Below are positions 14,031 through 30,759 of a stretch of DNA of 64,000 nt, one piece after another. The notes beneath the pieces are model-generated. The model had not been told where the DNA came from, ran no database searches, and was given only the letters and a program-made list of their open reading frames with translations. The stretch's first letter is position 1; the number at the start of each line of letters is the position of its first letter. Source of the DNA: the human T2T-CHM13v2.0 reference genome, Homo sapiens; the NCBI RefSeq assembly GCF_009914755.1, contig NC_060946.1; one strand, 5' to 3'. A program made the translations under genes and the position numbers.

Positions 14031-15460
14031 ATATACCACTCTTTGCCCTCCACATTCTCGCCATGACCCCCAGGACATTTGTTTTTACATCTCCCATTCT
14101 GCCTCAAGTCGCACTCTGGTCAATTGTGAACATATCAGTCCCGCAGTAGACTGTAGCCCAGTGAAGCTAAGGGCCTTGTTCTCATCAGCACTGTAGCCCT
14201 TGCACCCAGCACTGAATGCCCTCGTAGCTCAGACTAGCAACAGTCAGTGTGGAAAAGAGCACAGCACAACCCAGTGGGGATGGGGAGGAAGACGTCTAGG
14301 AAGGAGCAGAGCATGGAGTCAGCCCCCTTGGCATCCTGTGGTCTAATACACCTTATCTGCAGGAGCTCAACAACTTAGGCCAATGGGTCTGATCCCTTGC
14401 ATGTGTGATACTCAGAGCCAGTGAGTATGCCATGCCTATATGACAGTCATCAGCAAAGATACCAGTGGCAGGGCCAGGGTCACCCATGGACTGTTAAGAT
14501 GTAGTAAAAGAGTTGGGAGGCTGAGATTCATGATAGAGCTCCAGTAGCTCCGGTAGCTATAGTAGCTAGTGTAGCTGAGAAGTGGTGTGCTGAATAGGAA
14601 ATGGAAGCAGGTAGCCTGTCTATGAGACTGGGTGAGCACAGCCAGTTGAAGGGAAGGCTATGACTCGACAGGTGCCCTGGCTAGCCCTCTCACCCCAGGC
14701 ACATCCTGTCCTAGACCTGTAGCTGCTACAAAGATGGAGACGCCAGTCTTTCGTAACTGAATCAGAGTCTGGGAGGAGTGCCTACCCAACCGCCAGAGAC
14801 CGAGGTGCATTTGCTATACAGAACCATTCAGCTAATGCTAACTTGCTGTTCTTCTATCAGCCTGAAGCTTTGCACACACAATCTCTTCCCCCGCCTTCTC
14901 TGTGAGCTCCTAGGAGATCTTCCCATGACAATCTAGGGGATAGTGAAGAGCTACACTTCAGATCCAATAGGTCTCTCATTACAGCCAATTCTGAGTCTGA
15001 AAAGCAAAATGCATGACACCCCCTGGGCCCACCCCTGCTCCTCATCAATCAAAGAGCTCTTAATTAGCTCCCTCGGCCTCCCTATTCTCCTCCCGGTTTG
15101 CTGCTGAGTCTCTGGTGAAGCCCCTAGAGTAGCTGAATGTGAATGTAGACCCTGCCAGGCGGCAGGTGATTCTCCTTTCTGCCCTCCTGGCAGCAAGCAC
15201 TCCAGAACCATATGGAGCAGCTTGGTACCTCAAAGGGCAGAACTTAGAAAAATAGGTCCCTTAGGATCTCCAAGTAGAATAGTCTCATTTTACAGATGAA
15301 AAACCTGAGATCCAGAGAGAGATTTTTTGGTGGAAATTTGCTGGATTTGAGCCTTTGAAGACATTGCCTACCTCTCTGCTTACCTCCTGGTTTCCAGATA
15401 TATTTTAATCTCTTTTTATTTCTTCATCTTTGGTGACTTTGTATTAAATAAGAGCATTCT

Positions 15461-16375
15461 TGCTCAACATCACTAATCACCAAGGAAATGTGCATTAAAA
15501 CCAGAGTGAGCTATCACCTCACATCTCTTAGATTGGCTATTATCCAAAAGCTAAAAGAGAACAAGTGTTGATGAGGATGTGGAGAAAATGGAATTCTTGC
15601 ACACTGGTGGTGGGAATGCAAATTAATATAATCGTTATGAGAAACAATATGGACGTTCCTGAAAAAACTAAAAATAGAACTACCATATGATCCAGCAGTC
15701 CCATTCCTGGGTATATATCTAAAGGAAATGAAATCAGTATGTCAAAGAGATATTTGCACTCCCGTGTTTGTTGCAGCATTATTCACAATAGTCACCATGT
15801 GGACTCAACCTAAGCGTCCATCAACAGATAAATGGATACAGAAAATGTGATCTATATACACAATGGAATATAACTCAGCCTTAAAAAGAAGGAAATCCTG
15901 TTATTTGTGAACACAGGTAAATCTGGGGGAGATTATGTTAAGAGAAATAAGCCAGACATGGAAAGACAAATGTTGAATGATCTTACGTACATGTGGAATC
16001 TAAAAAAATTGCACTCACAGCAGCAGAGAGTAGAATGATGGTTACTGGGGCTGAGGGTGGGGACATTGGGGAGACATTGGTCAAACAACACAAAATTTCA
16101 ATTACATAGGAGGAATAAGTTCAAGAGATCTCTTCTATAACATGGCGACTATAGTTAATAACAATGTATTGTAATTGAAATAAAAAATTGCTAGGAGAGC
16201 AAATTTTAAATACTCTCCCTCAAAAAAAAATGGTGCGTATGAGGTAATGCATATGTTAAATAGCTCAATTTAGTTATTCCACAATGTACACATATTTCAA
16301 AACATCATGTTGCACTCCATAAGTATATATTTTTTTAATCTGTCAATTTTTTTAAGGAGGAAAAAGAAAAATAAA
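15461..16375 (+). mobile_element. Old L1 (L1MA-like) 3' end: degenerate ORF2 C-terminus plus 3'UTR
   Basis: tgctcaacatcactaatc...aaaatagaactaccatatgatccagc...aggaggaataagttcaagagatc; A-rich tail. Confidence 0.85.
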
Positions 16376-16567
16376 TACATGTGTGTAGCATATCAAAGTA
16401 TTCCCATTCCCTAATACCATAAGGTCATAGCTAGGGTATCAAACCAGATCAGCATAAACAGTTCAATGCAGGCATGTCTTCCCATAAGCCAGGAAGAAGG
16501 AATATTAATGAAGAGGAGATGTTTGAGAGAAAATGTAGACACACCATAGGGGGTCATTCAGGAATAG

Positions 16568-16882
16568 AAACATGAGAGTGCGAATATCTCTTCAACATAC
16601 TGATTTCATTTCCTCATATACATACTGATTTCATTCCTGTGATATACACCCAGGAATGGGATTGCTGGGTCATATGGTAGTTCTCTTTTTAGTTTTTTCA
16701 GGAACCTCCATATTGTTTCTCATAATGATTATATTAATTTGTGTTCCCACCACCAGTGTGCAAGAATTCCATTTTCTCCACATCCTCATCAACACTTGTT
16801 CTCTTTTAGCTTTTGGATAATAGCCAATCTAAGAGATGTGAGGTGATAGCTCACTGTGGGTTTTAATTCGCATTTCCTTGGT
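16568..16882 (-). repeat. Inverted copy of 15479..15769 (local inverted duplication of L1M sequence)
   Basis: Reverse-complement match; 16744..16855 is identical to 15505..15616. Confidence 0.9.
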
Positions 16883-17584
16883 TTCTATTCCCCCTGAAAA
16901 GGAATGGGAATCCCATGTATCTGTTTGATTAGATACATTATAATTCCCACCTTACGGATGAAGAAAACAATCCCAAAAGCTAAGCAATTTGCCAAGGATT
17001 GCAGGCAAGATAATATAATAACAAGATAATAATGACCATTTAAAGAGTGCCTCCTAAATGCAAGACACTCTATGAGACATTTTGTAATTACTGTATCATT
17101 TGACCTTCATAATCATTCCTAGTAATTGACAAAGTCAAGATTTGAAATCAAGTCTCTCTTATTTCAAACCTTATGCTCTTCTCCCAATATCATATTGACT
17201 CTCTAGAGGTTACCCTTCCTAAGTAGGAGAATTAGACTCCCGTAACCTAAGGATTTTTTTTCTATTTTAGGTAAGGATCAAGCCACCACTCTGGGGCTCA
17301 TTCATAAATAAATGGATTCTGCATTCTGCAGAATACAAAAGTTTATTCCACACTCAGAGTGTGGCCAATTCTGTGCTAAGCACTTTATGTGCATTGTCTC
17401 AACTGAATGACCAATAAATGGGTATGGCCATTCCCCTGGTTTTACAGAGGAGGACACTGAGACTCAAAGAGACTAAATTCTTTGTCCAAGGCTTCCCAGA
17501 TGGTATAGTTAAGAATCAGTTCTGCCTGAATCCACTACGAATGATTGCATGGGAAAGGCAGGCTTATCACCTGCCTTTTAGAAT

Positions 17585-17752
17585 GCAGAGTTTCTCAAAC
17601 TTTTGTGTTTTAAAACATTACAGACTCCAGAACTTCATCCCAGAGTTCTGATTTATCAGACCTGGGTTAGGGCACAGGATCTGAAGCTGCAGTAAGCATC
17701 TCATGGAATTCTGATGCTAGCGGTCTTAGGAACATGCTTTGAGAAGTGCTGT
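17585..17752. mobile_element. MER5-like hAT-Charlie MITE
   Basis: cagagtttctcaaact ... tttgagaagtgctg terminal inverted repeats. Confidence 0.65.
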
Positions 17753-18949
17753 GTACATGTGGTGCAGACAAGTCAGACCCGGCCAACAACTAAGGCTCTC
17801 TCTGAGGCAAACCAGGCCTTCCTATCCATCAGCAGACAAAAGTTTGCGGAAGGATTCTGGAGAGTGTTGTGAAGTCTCGTGCCCCAAATGCCAACGTTGA
17901 GCAATTTATAGAAAGGGCTCCAAGGTGGGTTGGATGAGCTAGCTTATTATTACAGGAAGCTGTTTCTTCTCCGTCTTTTATTCCCACTTGATAGCATTAT
18001 CACTAACCAGTTATACTGTCTGTACCACCTCGGGCAAGTCACTTAACCTTTTACAAAAAGATGCTGAGCTATAGGACCTCTGTGATTGAACTTTCTGTGA
18101 TAGAGTCATAGTCCAGACTTGCTCAAGTCACAATGCTTTCACTCCATGATGTTAATACTTCAGACCACTGACTAAGCATTCCTTTTTTAAACTTATTTTA
18201 TTTATGTATTTAACCAAATGAAATACTTCTCTAGACCTCTAAACTACAAACACTCTGTTTCTCCTTAAAGCATCTTTACTGGCTGAAATTCTAAGAAAAG
18301 AAAAAATGTATGTGGAAGTATTAATTATTAAGCCATTATTGATACACTGAGCAAGAATTATGCTTCTCTTTGGCATGGCCTCCCAGGTCTGAGGAAGTTT
18401 ATCCTGTGGCTGGAAAAAAACTTGTCTTCCCTGCTGAGTTCTATAAGACCAGATTTCTGTTAGATCCTATATCCTCATATTCTCATTACCAAGAAGAGTG
18501 TCAGCAACTGCATACTAAATGACTTCTTTGCGGGAAAGGAGAGTTAGGAATGAATGCATGAATGAATGAAGTGCTGAGAAACTTCTGGGGTTGAATTTTT
18601 GAAGAAAAGTTTCAAGGACATAAAAATGGTGAAAGTGGAGGAGATATTAGCACAGTTGGCACAGAGATAAGACAAAACCTGTGCCTGTTCCATAAAAACC
18701 CTGCACATAGTGAATATGCAATAATCATCGCTTATCGAATGAAGTCATCCCACCCACTGAGAGTATAGATGTGGCAACCTTTATGTTTTAATTTTAATAG
18801 GTTTTCAACCCATGGTGCCAAGGGAATTATGGATGGATTTCAGTCATTCTCACCGAATTAGGATTAAGACAAATAAAGCAAAATAAGACAAATGACCCAG
18901 GTTTTAAAGACTTGGACCGGGGTGTCTATCATGGAACAAGACTATTATA

Positions 18950-19899
18950 ACTTAATGTGATGTGTGCTGCAGTAGAAGAAAGCATGGAGTGTCACGGGAG
19001 CAACAGGAGGGGCCCACTAACCAGGCTGAGTGGGATTCCAAGAGGACTTCCTGGAGGAGGGACACATTGGCTGAGTATTGGGAAAGAGTGGAATAGAAGG
19101 AAGGAAAAATGAGACTAGGGGAGTGATCCAGGTTCTGGATGTAGCATGTGGAAAAACTCCAATAATGGGAACTTGACCGTATAGGGCTAAGACACATGAA
19201 ATGGCTCATTGTAGCTAAAGTATAGTTCTATAGTGTGGTTAGAAAGAGATGGGGCTGGATAGGCAAAGAGTGATGGTCAGGGAAGTGGGTTGTTGGTCTT
19301 GCATAACAGTTAGGGTAAGCGGGAGGCCAGTAACGATTTTTAGGAAAAGAACTGACTAGATCTGATTTGTGTTTTTGAAAAATCCCTTTCGCTACTGTGT
19401 GGAAGGTGATCTGGAGGGAAATTGGTTAGAGGTCATTGTAATAATCTAGCCAAGAAGTGATGAGAGCCTTAACTAAGTAGACACAGAAAGTATAGGATTT
19501 AAAGACATTCAGAAGAAGAATTTATGGGAGATGGTGACTAACTGCATGTGGAAAAGAAAGGAAAAGACAAAGATAAGAATGATTGCTATGTTTTGTGCTT
19601 GGCTGACAGTTAAATGGGTGTTATCACTGAAACGAGGAGCATGAAAAGGCAAAGACAGTTTGGAGAGAAAGACAGAAGTTAATTTTTTGACATGTTGCAT
19701 TTTAGATGCCCATGAAACTCACAAGTGGTGGTTATTAATAAGCAGTTGATTTTATAGGTCTGAAGCTCATGGGAGAGTTCTGCGTGAAAAGAACAGAGAT
19801 CTGTGAGTCATCAGCCTGGAGACGGTGGTTAGACATGGGGGCAGGGATGAAACACCCTGAAGAGTGTGCTAGAGTAAGAAAAGTGAAGGGCTTAGAAGG
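18950..19899 (-). mobile_element. L2 fragment (probably resumes at ~23545-23710)
   Basis: Purine-rich L2 motifs: agatctgatttgtgtttt, ctactgtgtggaagg, gtctgaagctca, gagtcatcagc. Confidence 0.65.
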
Positions 19900-21159
19900 T
19901 GATATGGTTTGGCTGTGACCTCACACAAATCTCACCTTGAATTGGAATCCATATAAACCCCAGGTGTTGTGGGAGGGACCATGTGGGAGGTGATGGGATC
20001 ATGGGAGCAGCTTCCTCCATGTTGTTCTCATGATAGTGAGTGAGTTCTCATGAGAGCTGATGGTTTTATAAGGCAGTTTCCCTGCTCTTGCTCACTTTCT
20101 CTCACCTGCCACCATGTAAGACATGCCTCTTCCCTGTCCACCATGACTGTAAGTTTCCTGAGACTGAGGTACTGCTATAAAGATACCAAAAACTGTGGAA
20201 GTGACTTTGAAATTGGGTAACAGGCAGAGGTTGAAACAGTTTGGAGGGGTCAGAAAAAGACAGAAAGATGTGGGAAACTTTGGAGCTTCCTAGAGACTTG
20301 AATGGTTTTGACCAAAATACTGACAGTGATATGGACAATGAAGTCCAGGCTCAGGTGGTCTCAGATGGAGATAAGGAACTTACTGGGAACTGGAACAAAA
20401 GTCACTCTTGCTAGCTTTAGCAAAGAGGCTGGCAGCATTTTGTCCCTGCCCTAGAGATCTGTAGAATTTTGAACTTGAGAGAGATAATCTGAAATTGAAA
20501 ATTATGTTTAAAAGGGAGCACAGCATAAAAGTTTGGAAAACTTGCATCTGACGATGCAATAGAAAAGAAAACCCCATTTTATGTGGAGAAATTCAAGCCA
20601 GATGCAGAAATTTGCATAAGTAGGAGCCAGATGATAATCAACAAGATGATGGGGAAAATGTCCTCAGGGGATGTCAGAGGTCTTCATGGAAGCTCCTCCC
20701 ATCACAGGCCCAGAGGCCTAGGAGAAAAAAATGGTTTCATGGGCCTGGGCCTGGGCCAGGGCCAGGGCCTTGCTACTTTGTGCAGTCTCCAGACTTGGTG
20801 CCCTGCATCCTAGTGTGGCTAAAAGGGGCCAACATACAGCTCAGGCCATTGCTTCTGAGGGTGCAAGCCACAAGCCTTGGTGGCTTCCACATGATGTTGG
20901 GGCTGTGGGTGTGCAGAAGTCAAGAACTGAGGTTTGGGAACCTCCACCTAGATTTCAGAGGATGTATGGAAATGCCTGGATGTACAGGCAGAGGTCGGCT
21001 GCAGGGGTGGGGCTCTTATGGAGAACCTCTGTTAGGGCCATGTGAAAGGGAAATGTGGGGTTGGAGCCCCCACCCATAGTCCCCACTGGGGCACTGTCTA
21101 ATGGAGCTTTGAGAAGAGGTCTGCCATCCTCCATATCCCAGAATGGTAGATCCACCAAC
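19900..21159 (+). mobile_element. THE1/MST MaLR: partial 5' LTR fused to internal sequence, 3'-truncated
   Basis: tgatatggtttggctgtg LTR start; from ~20165 THE1/MST-int sequence (ctgctataaagatacc..., ggtggtctcagatggagat..., cccagaatggtagatccacc). Confidence 0.85.
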
Positions 21160-21880
21160 AAAACCACAAGGAGATGACATCTCACACCAGTCAGAATGGC
21201 AATTACTAAAATGTCAAAAAAATAACAGATGCTGGTGAGGTTGTGGAGAAAAAAGAATGCTTATATACTGGTGGTGGGAGTGTAAATTAGTTCAACTATT
21301 GTGAAAGACAGTGTGGCAATTTCTCAAAGACCTAAAAAAAAGAAATACTTTTCCACCCAGCAATCCCATTGCTGGGTATATATCCAAAGAAATATAAATC
21401 ATTCTATCATGAAGACACATGCACACATATGTTCATTGCAACACTATTCACAATAGCAAAGACATAGAATCAACCTAAATTTCCATCAGTGATAGACCAG
21501 ATAAAGAAAACGTGGCACATATACACCACGGGATAGGGATACTATTCAGCCTTAAAAAAGAATGAGATCATGTGCTTTGCAGGGACATGAATGGAGCTGG
21601 AAGCCATTTTCCTTAGCAAACTAACACAGGAACAGACAACCAAATACTGTATGTTATCACTTACAAGTAGGAGCTAGATGATGAGACCACATGGATGTAT
21701 ACAGGAGAAGAACACACACTGGGGCTTATCAGAGGATGGAGGGTGAGAGAAGAGAGAGAATCAGGGAAAATAATGAATGAATACTAGGCTTAAAACCTGG
21801 GTGATGAAATAATCTGTACAACAAACCCCCATGACACAAGTTTACCTATGTAACAAGCCCGCACATATACCCCTGAACTT
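21160..21880 (+). mobile_element. L1PA15/16-like 3' end (tail continues at 23026..23055)
   Basis: ORF2 C-terminal homology; 3'UTR cctgggtgatgaaataatctgtacaacaaacccccatgacac...cccctgaactt|aaaagtt. Confidence 0.85.
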
Positions 21881-23030
<1,150 letters not shown>

Positions 23031-23084
23031 TTAAAAGTTAAAAAATAATAAAAAGGCAACTTAAAATAAAAGTATGTTAACAGT

Positions 23085-23545
23085 CATAGCTCTGAGATCA
23101 TAATTTCCCAATGACTAGAAACAACACAAATGTCCTTCAACTGGTGAGCAGATAAGCAAACTATAGTATATCCATATAAGGGAAAACAACTCGGCCATAA
23201 AATAAATGCAGTAACACGAATGAATCTCAAATGCATCACACTAAGAGAAAGAAGCCAGCATTAAAAAGCGACATACTGTCTGATTCCATCTGTATGACAT
23301 CCTCAAAAAGGCAAAACCACAGGGGCAGAACACAGATCACTGGTTGCCAGAGTCCAGAGAAGTAGATGTTACCTACAAAGAGGTACAGGGGAAATGTTTT
23401 GAGATAATGGAATTGTTCCAGTATCTTTACGGCAGTAGTGGTTATTTGACCATGTTTGCTTGTCAAAACTCACAACTGTACTCCAATAAAGGTAAAATTT
23501 TTACATGTGAATTACATCTCAATAAGAAAATGTGAAAAAAAAAAT
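23085..23545 (+). mobile_element. Old L1M (MB/ME-like) 3'UTR fragment
   Basis: aaacaacacaaatgtccttcaactggtgag...tgaatctcaaatgc...ggcaaaacc...cagatcactggttgccag. Confidence 0.75.
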
Positions 23546-23844
23546 TCAGAATGTTGCCATAAGAGTGGTTGGTTAAAGCCTTTTGAAGGTCAAGGTCATT
23601 GAAATGGAATAGATCCAGGGTCTATCAGGTGGAAAAGTTGGGGGTTGAAGTCACCAGGATAAAATCTAGTCATGGAGAATAGAGGGAAACAGAGTCAGGT
23701 GCCAAAATTCAAAGGAACTCACTTCCTTGCCAAATATATATACTCACTTTGGCATACCAAGATTAAGAATATTTCACTTTAATTATATTTTAAATATAAT
23801 TCATAAATACATGGGATTTTATATATGATCCTTAATGTATAGGT

Positions 23845-23962
23845 GTGTGAATGTGTATGCACCTATGTGTATATATACTTACATACATATATGCTTATAC
23901 ATATATGTTTATAAGAATATATATGAATATATGTATGTGTATACATAAGAATATGTATACAT
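23845..23962. repeat. Degenerate (TA/TG/CA) low-complexity tract
   Basis: Direct reading. Confidence 0.8.
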
Positions 23963-24870
23963 TTTAAAAATAATTCTTAATCTGGGTATACCTAAATTAA
24001 TTCCCAAATTCCTAGGTCTCTCATGTAGGAAGAAACATACCCTAATGTGAGTGTGAACGCAGACATTTCTTGAACAACCTGTCACAGGTGTAAATCTTAG
24101 ACTGGGTGTCTAAATAAAGAGACTGACTTGGGGAGTTACCCAGCAGCCCCCAGGCATGTAAGGCTCAGGCTGTCCTGATGGGGACAAAATCCCCCCGTGT
24201 CAGTGCTCTTTGGAGGATCCCCTAATCTACATGTATTGGCCAGCTTGTTACTTTTATCCTAATGGGAATATTAGCATCACAGTATGATCCTGGGCTCTTG
24301 TCTGGAGTACTCCACATGTCCCTTTGTGTGACAATATTGGGCAGCTGAGGCTCATATTATAAGTAGAAATGAATGAGAGGAAGGGAACATAAACTTCCCT
24401 GCAATTATTGTCCTGGTAATTGAAGTACATCACTGCACCTATTAAAAACCCCACTTCTGTAAGTGACCCTGTGGGGATGGGACCCTGTATCCTGAGCTCA
24501 AATCCTGTCCTTCCACAACTACCCACCTATGCTGTTTCAAGCAAAGCACCACTGGGACTTTAAGCCAAAACCTTAAGTCAAACCCCAATCCTGGTGAGCT
24601 GGCCCAGCCTGCAGAAAGCCCTAAGGCTATGGGCCCAAGGCCAGGACCAGAGCAGATCAAGCTGTCTTTTTGCCCATTTCTCTCTCTGGATGCACTCACA
24701 CTTTTCTGCTCTCTGTCTTCCCACTCCAGTGGACAGGAAAGATGAGCTTGAGGAAAAGAATGCCAGGAAACAAAAGGGTAAGAGAGCTGGCCTGGCTGGA
24801 GTGCCTAAGCCAGCTCCTATGGTCCAAGAGAACCAGGGAGCTCATCTTTTCCCAATTCTGCATTTGGTGA

Positions 24871-25570
<700 letters not shown>

Positions 25571-28100
25571 TAAGTGACATCACATTGGCAGCAAGAAATT
25601 GGCCTTAAAGGGAGTATTCACAAATACAGAAATTTGTAAAAACATTACAAATCAGGACATTTTATTTTATTTTCCTGAGAGCCATTGTGAAACATTTACT
25701 AGTGCAACACTGGGTTACCTGAATCACTAAAGCCACTGTTCTTGGTAGTCCTGGGGTTCTCAGGGTGAAGAACTGCCCCAAAAGAGCAAACCCGGGTTCA
25801 TTGTATAGTACTTGCTTTGTGAGAAAAAAGAAGAGAAGAATTGAAAGAGAAAGAAGAAAAGAACAGCCTGATGCTGAGCTCAAAGTGTTAATGGCTTTGT
25901 CATGTGTCCTTCTTTCTACACTTCCTCCCAAAAAGTGACCTTGAACTTCAGTCTCCTTTGGAGACAGTACGAGGAGAGGGGTAGGAAACAACAAAGAATT
26001 CCGATCTCTCAGCGGGCCCACAACCTTGCACTGGTGCACATCTTTTAAATGTTCAGTAGTTTTCCACAGCATCTCATTATATTCTGTGGATAGGCAGAGT
26101 GGGTAGTAAGCCCTTCAATTATAGACAGATAACGCCGTGAATCAGGAGCCCCGGATATTCAGTAGCAGAGCCTGGCTGGAGACAGGCAGCCTTCATCATC
26201 ATTCCCAGAATGCAATGAATGCATCCCTCCCAAAATGAGAGCCACGTTCCAGTTTCACCCGAGAAACACTGGAATGGGATCACAGGGAATTTACCTAATA
26301 TGCAGCTTGAAGCCGCGTGGGAGTTAATGATCTGGTGGGTAGCACACAGCGACAGGGTAATTGAAGGGTTAGCACCATGAGGTGTTGGGGTAATAGCCAG
26401 ATTGATGGTTGAAGCTTTTGTTTCAGGTCCAGAAAGCAATTAAAGACCCTGGCACAGTGCTTATTATCCAGAGATCCAGGTGGCCACAGGCTTGTCCACA
26501 CACTGTAATTTGCTCCAGACCCTCGCCAGCCCCCCTCACTGGGCTCAATTTTGGTCCTGCAAACAGTGCTGCTCTCCCCCAGAAACAGATAGAGGCACTC
26601 CTCTCTCTGCTCAAGGCTGAAAGGTTTTGTCCAAAGCATTACATTCTCTAGTGGAGAACTACAGGATTTTTCTTTTTTTAAAAGCAAAGATCTAAAAGAC
26701 TAATTTGAAAAGACAGTGGCATGATTTACATTTTTCTGCTGTGCAAAGAAGGCCTGAGGAAGTGAGGGGTTGCTTTGTTGACTTGCTTTCTTCGCATTTC
26801 ATTCTCAGCAGTATCTCTACTTCCCTGTTTTCAAAAGTTGCCTTTCTTCTATCTTTCCAAGTCTCCAACCAGTGCCTGTTTGTCTAGTAAATTCCCAGGA
26901 GGAAATCAAGTCTTATCCGTCAGCTCAGGACGTTTTCCACTTATTTATAAGGGAGAAAAGTCAACAACTCAAGAACCATTAAAAAGAAGTGAACAACAAA
27001 ATGGCAAGTGGCTGCTTTAATTTTCTTTCAAATGCTTCCTGGCCAGGCTGCCTGGAGGAAGTCTGCTTGAGGGCTGACAGGCAGAATTATCTGTGGGCAG
27101 CTCTACAGAGTGTGGCCCTGTTTCTCAGACCTCAGTCATCTGCCCACTGCCAGCATGAACAATCGTTTACTTGGTATTTCTTTCTTTACATTGATGCATT
27201 TATTTTCACTTAGGTAAATGTGTTTTGAAGAATAACTGTGTGTCAAGGACAAGAACTCCTTCCTCTGTGCCTAAAGGGGATTACAGAACATTGAATTTTG
27301 GGAGGGACCCAAAGAGTCCTGTAGTGGAGTAAAGTGGCTGGGAAATGCAGCTGAGCAACACAGCAGGTACAGGAGTATGTGCCTGTGGCTGACTTCACAT
27401 CTCCATGCATGGCTGTTCCTCTTTCCCACCTTTCTGTCTCTCTGCTATCCCAAATTCCAGAGCCCTACACTGACTCAGGCTCCCAGGGGAGAGTAGCAAA
27501 TATCTGAACACCAATACAGCCTATCCCAGGATTGAAGTTAAAAATAAGATTCTTTATTGCACAGAATCATGGATCATACATCTGTTTTCTTTTAGTGTCA
27601 TGCAAGATAACTCTGGGTGTAGTGGTTAAGGCATATTATCAATATCAGCCAATTTTGTGCCTGATATCTCAGACTATGAGAGTACTGAGAAAGGGGAAGT
27701 TAATACTAATCAAAGGAATTACAGGAAAATTTAAGCCGAAGGCCCATACTCTGACTTTAGAAATGGATAACATTTTGATAGGGAGTGATGGTAGAATGGG
27801 GTTCTGGTTGGGGGGAACAGCATGAACAAGACTAGGAAGGACAACAGTGTCAGGAACAGCAAGTAGTTGGGTGTGACCACATGTTAAAGAACAAAAGCAC
27901 TAGGGCAGTAGCAAGAGTAGAATTAGGAGATAGGATTGAAAACTTAGGCTGGGAATAAAACACACTTTGTTCTCTAGGCAATGGAGAATCAATGGATAAT
28001 TTTATGCAGAAAAAACCTGCAATCAGATTAATGGTTCAGAGTTAACTGGTACAGCATAGAAGGGTCAAAGTATAGGAGAGACAAAGACCGTTTTATAAGG

Positions 28101-28651
<551 letters not shown>

Positions 28652-28714
28652 TGAGGCTATGGCTGTAACCTCATAATATGAATATGAATATGAAGGGTCT
28701 GGATTGGGACAATG

Positions 28715-29825
<1,111 letters not shown>

Positions 29826-29934
29826 AATGAAAGGCAGGCATTAGAGTAGCAGGATGACATTTATAGGTTAATTAATTTTATGATCATTAAAGTTCAGGAC
29901 TAGGACTCCCCAAAAAAGATATCCATTGTATCAT

Positions 29935-30330
29935 GATTATATCAGGATACTTTTGACTGCAAGTATATGAATGCCTTAATTCAAACTGATTAATAAAGAA
30001 AACACATCTTGTATCTTTGGAAGACTCATAGTAGGGTGGACTTTAGTGTTGCTGATCCAAAGGGTCGTTGATGTCATCTAGAGCCCAGATTCTTCTTATC
30101 CCTCTGCTTTGCCATTCTTAGTGTTGGCTCCATCCTCAGAAGATGAATGAGGCCACAGGTCCAAGTGTTACCTCTAGATGTGATAATGGCCAAGAGAAGA
30201 AAATAGACCAACTATTTTTATGATTTTCCCCTCAAGCCCCAGTGACTAGGATTAGCTCACATATCAATGCCTGGATCAATTACTGGCAAGGAGATGGGAT
30301 GACCATGATTGGTTTTAGTTAATGATCTGT
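29935..30330 (-). mobile_element. Degenerate MLT1 (J/K-like) LTR
   Basis: caggatacttttgactgcaagt...; cctggatcaattactggcaagg.gatgggat.accatgattgg. Confidence 0.5.
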
Positions 30331-30759
30331 GATGAAATGGAAGTCATGTAGTCAATCTCTGTGTTTTTCAAAACATGAGAGAGAGATTCATCATATACAT
30401 GTAACAATAAAAAGGTATGGCAAGTTAGCTACGTCAAGTATTGCAGTAAATTTTTTATGCACATTGCCTCATTGAATCCCCACCAGAGTCCACAAACGCA
30501 AGTTGTATTTTTATTTCCATTTTACTAATGCAGAAACTGAGGCTCAGAGAAGTGAAATAATTTTCTGAAGGTTGCACCACCAGTACGTGCCTGAGATTTC
30601 ATTACTTGTTTAATTCCACAACTATTAACAACTATGCTATCCTGAGTTTTTCAGCATTCCCAGTATTTTTAATATCAAAAATAATGCTTGAAAAGAAAAT
30701 GTGTTATTTTGACACAGACATGTATACCTCTAAACAGCACACTAGCACAGAAAACACAT

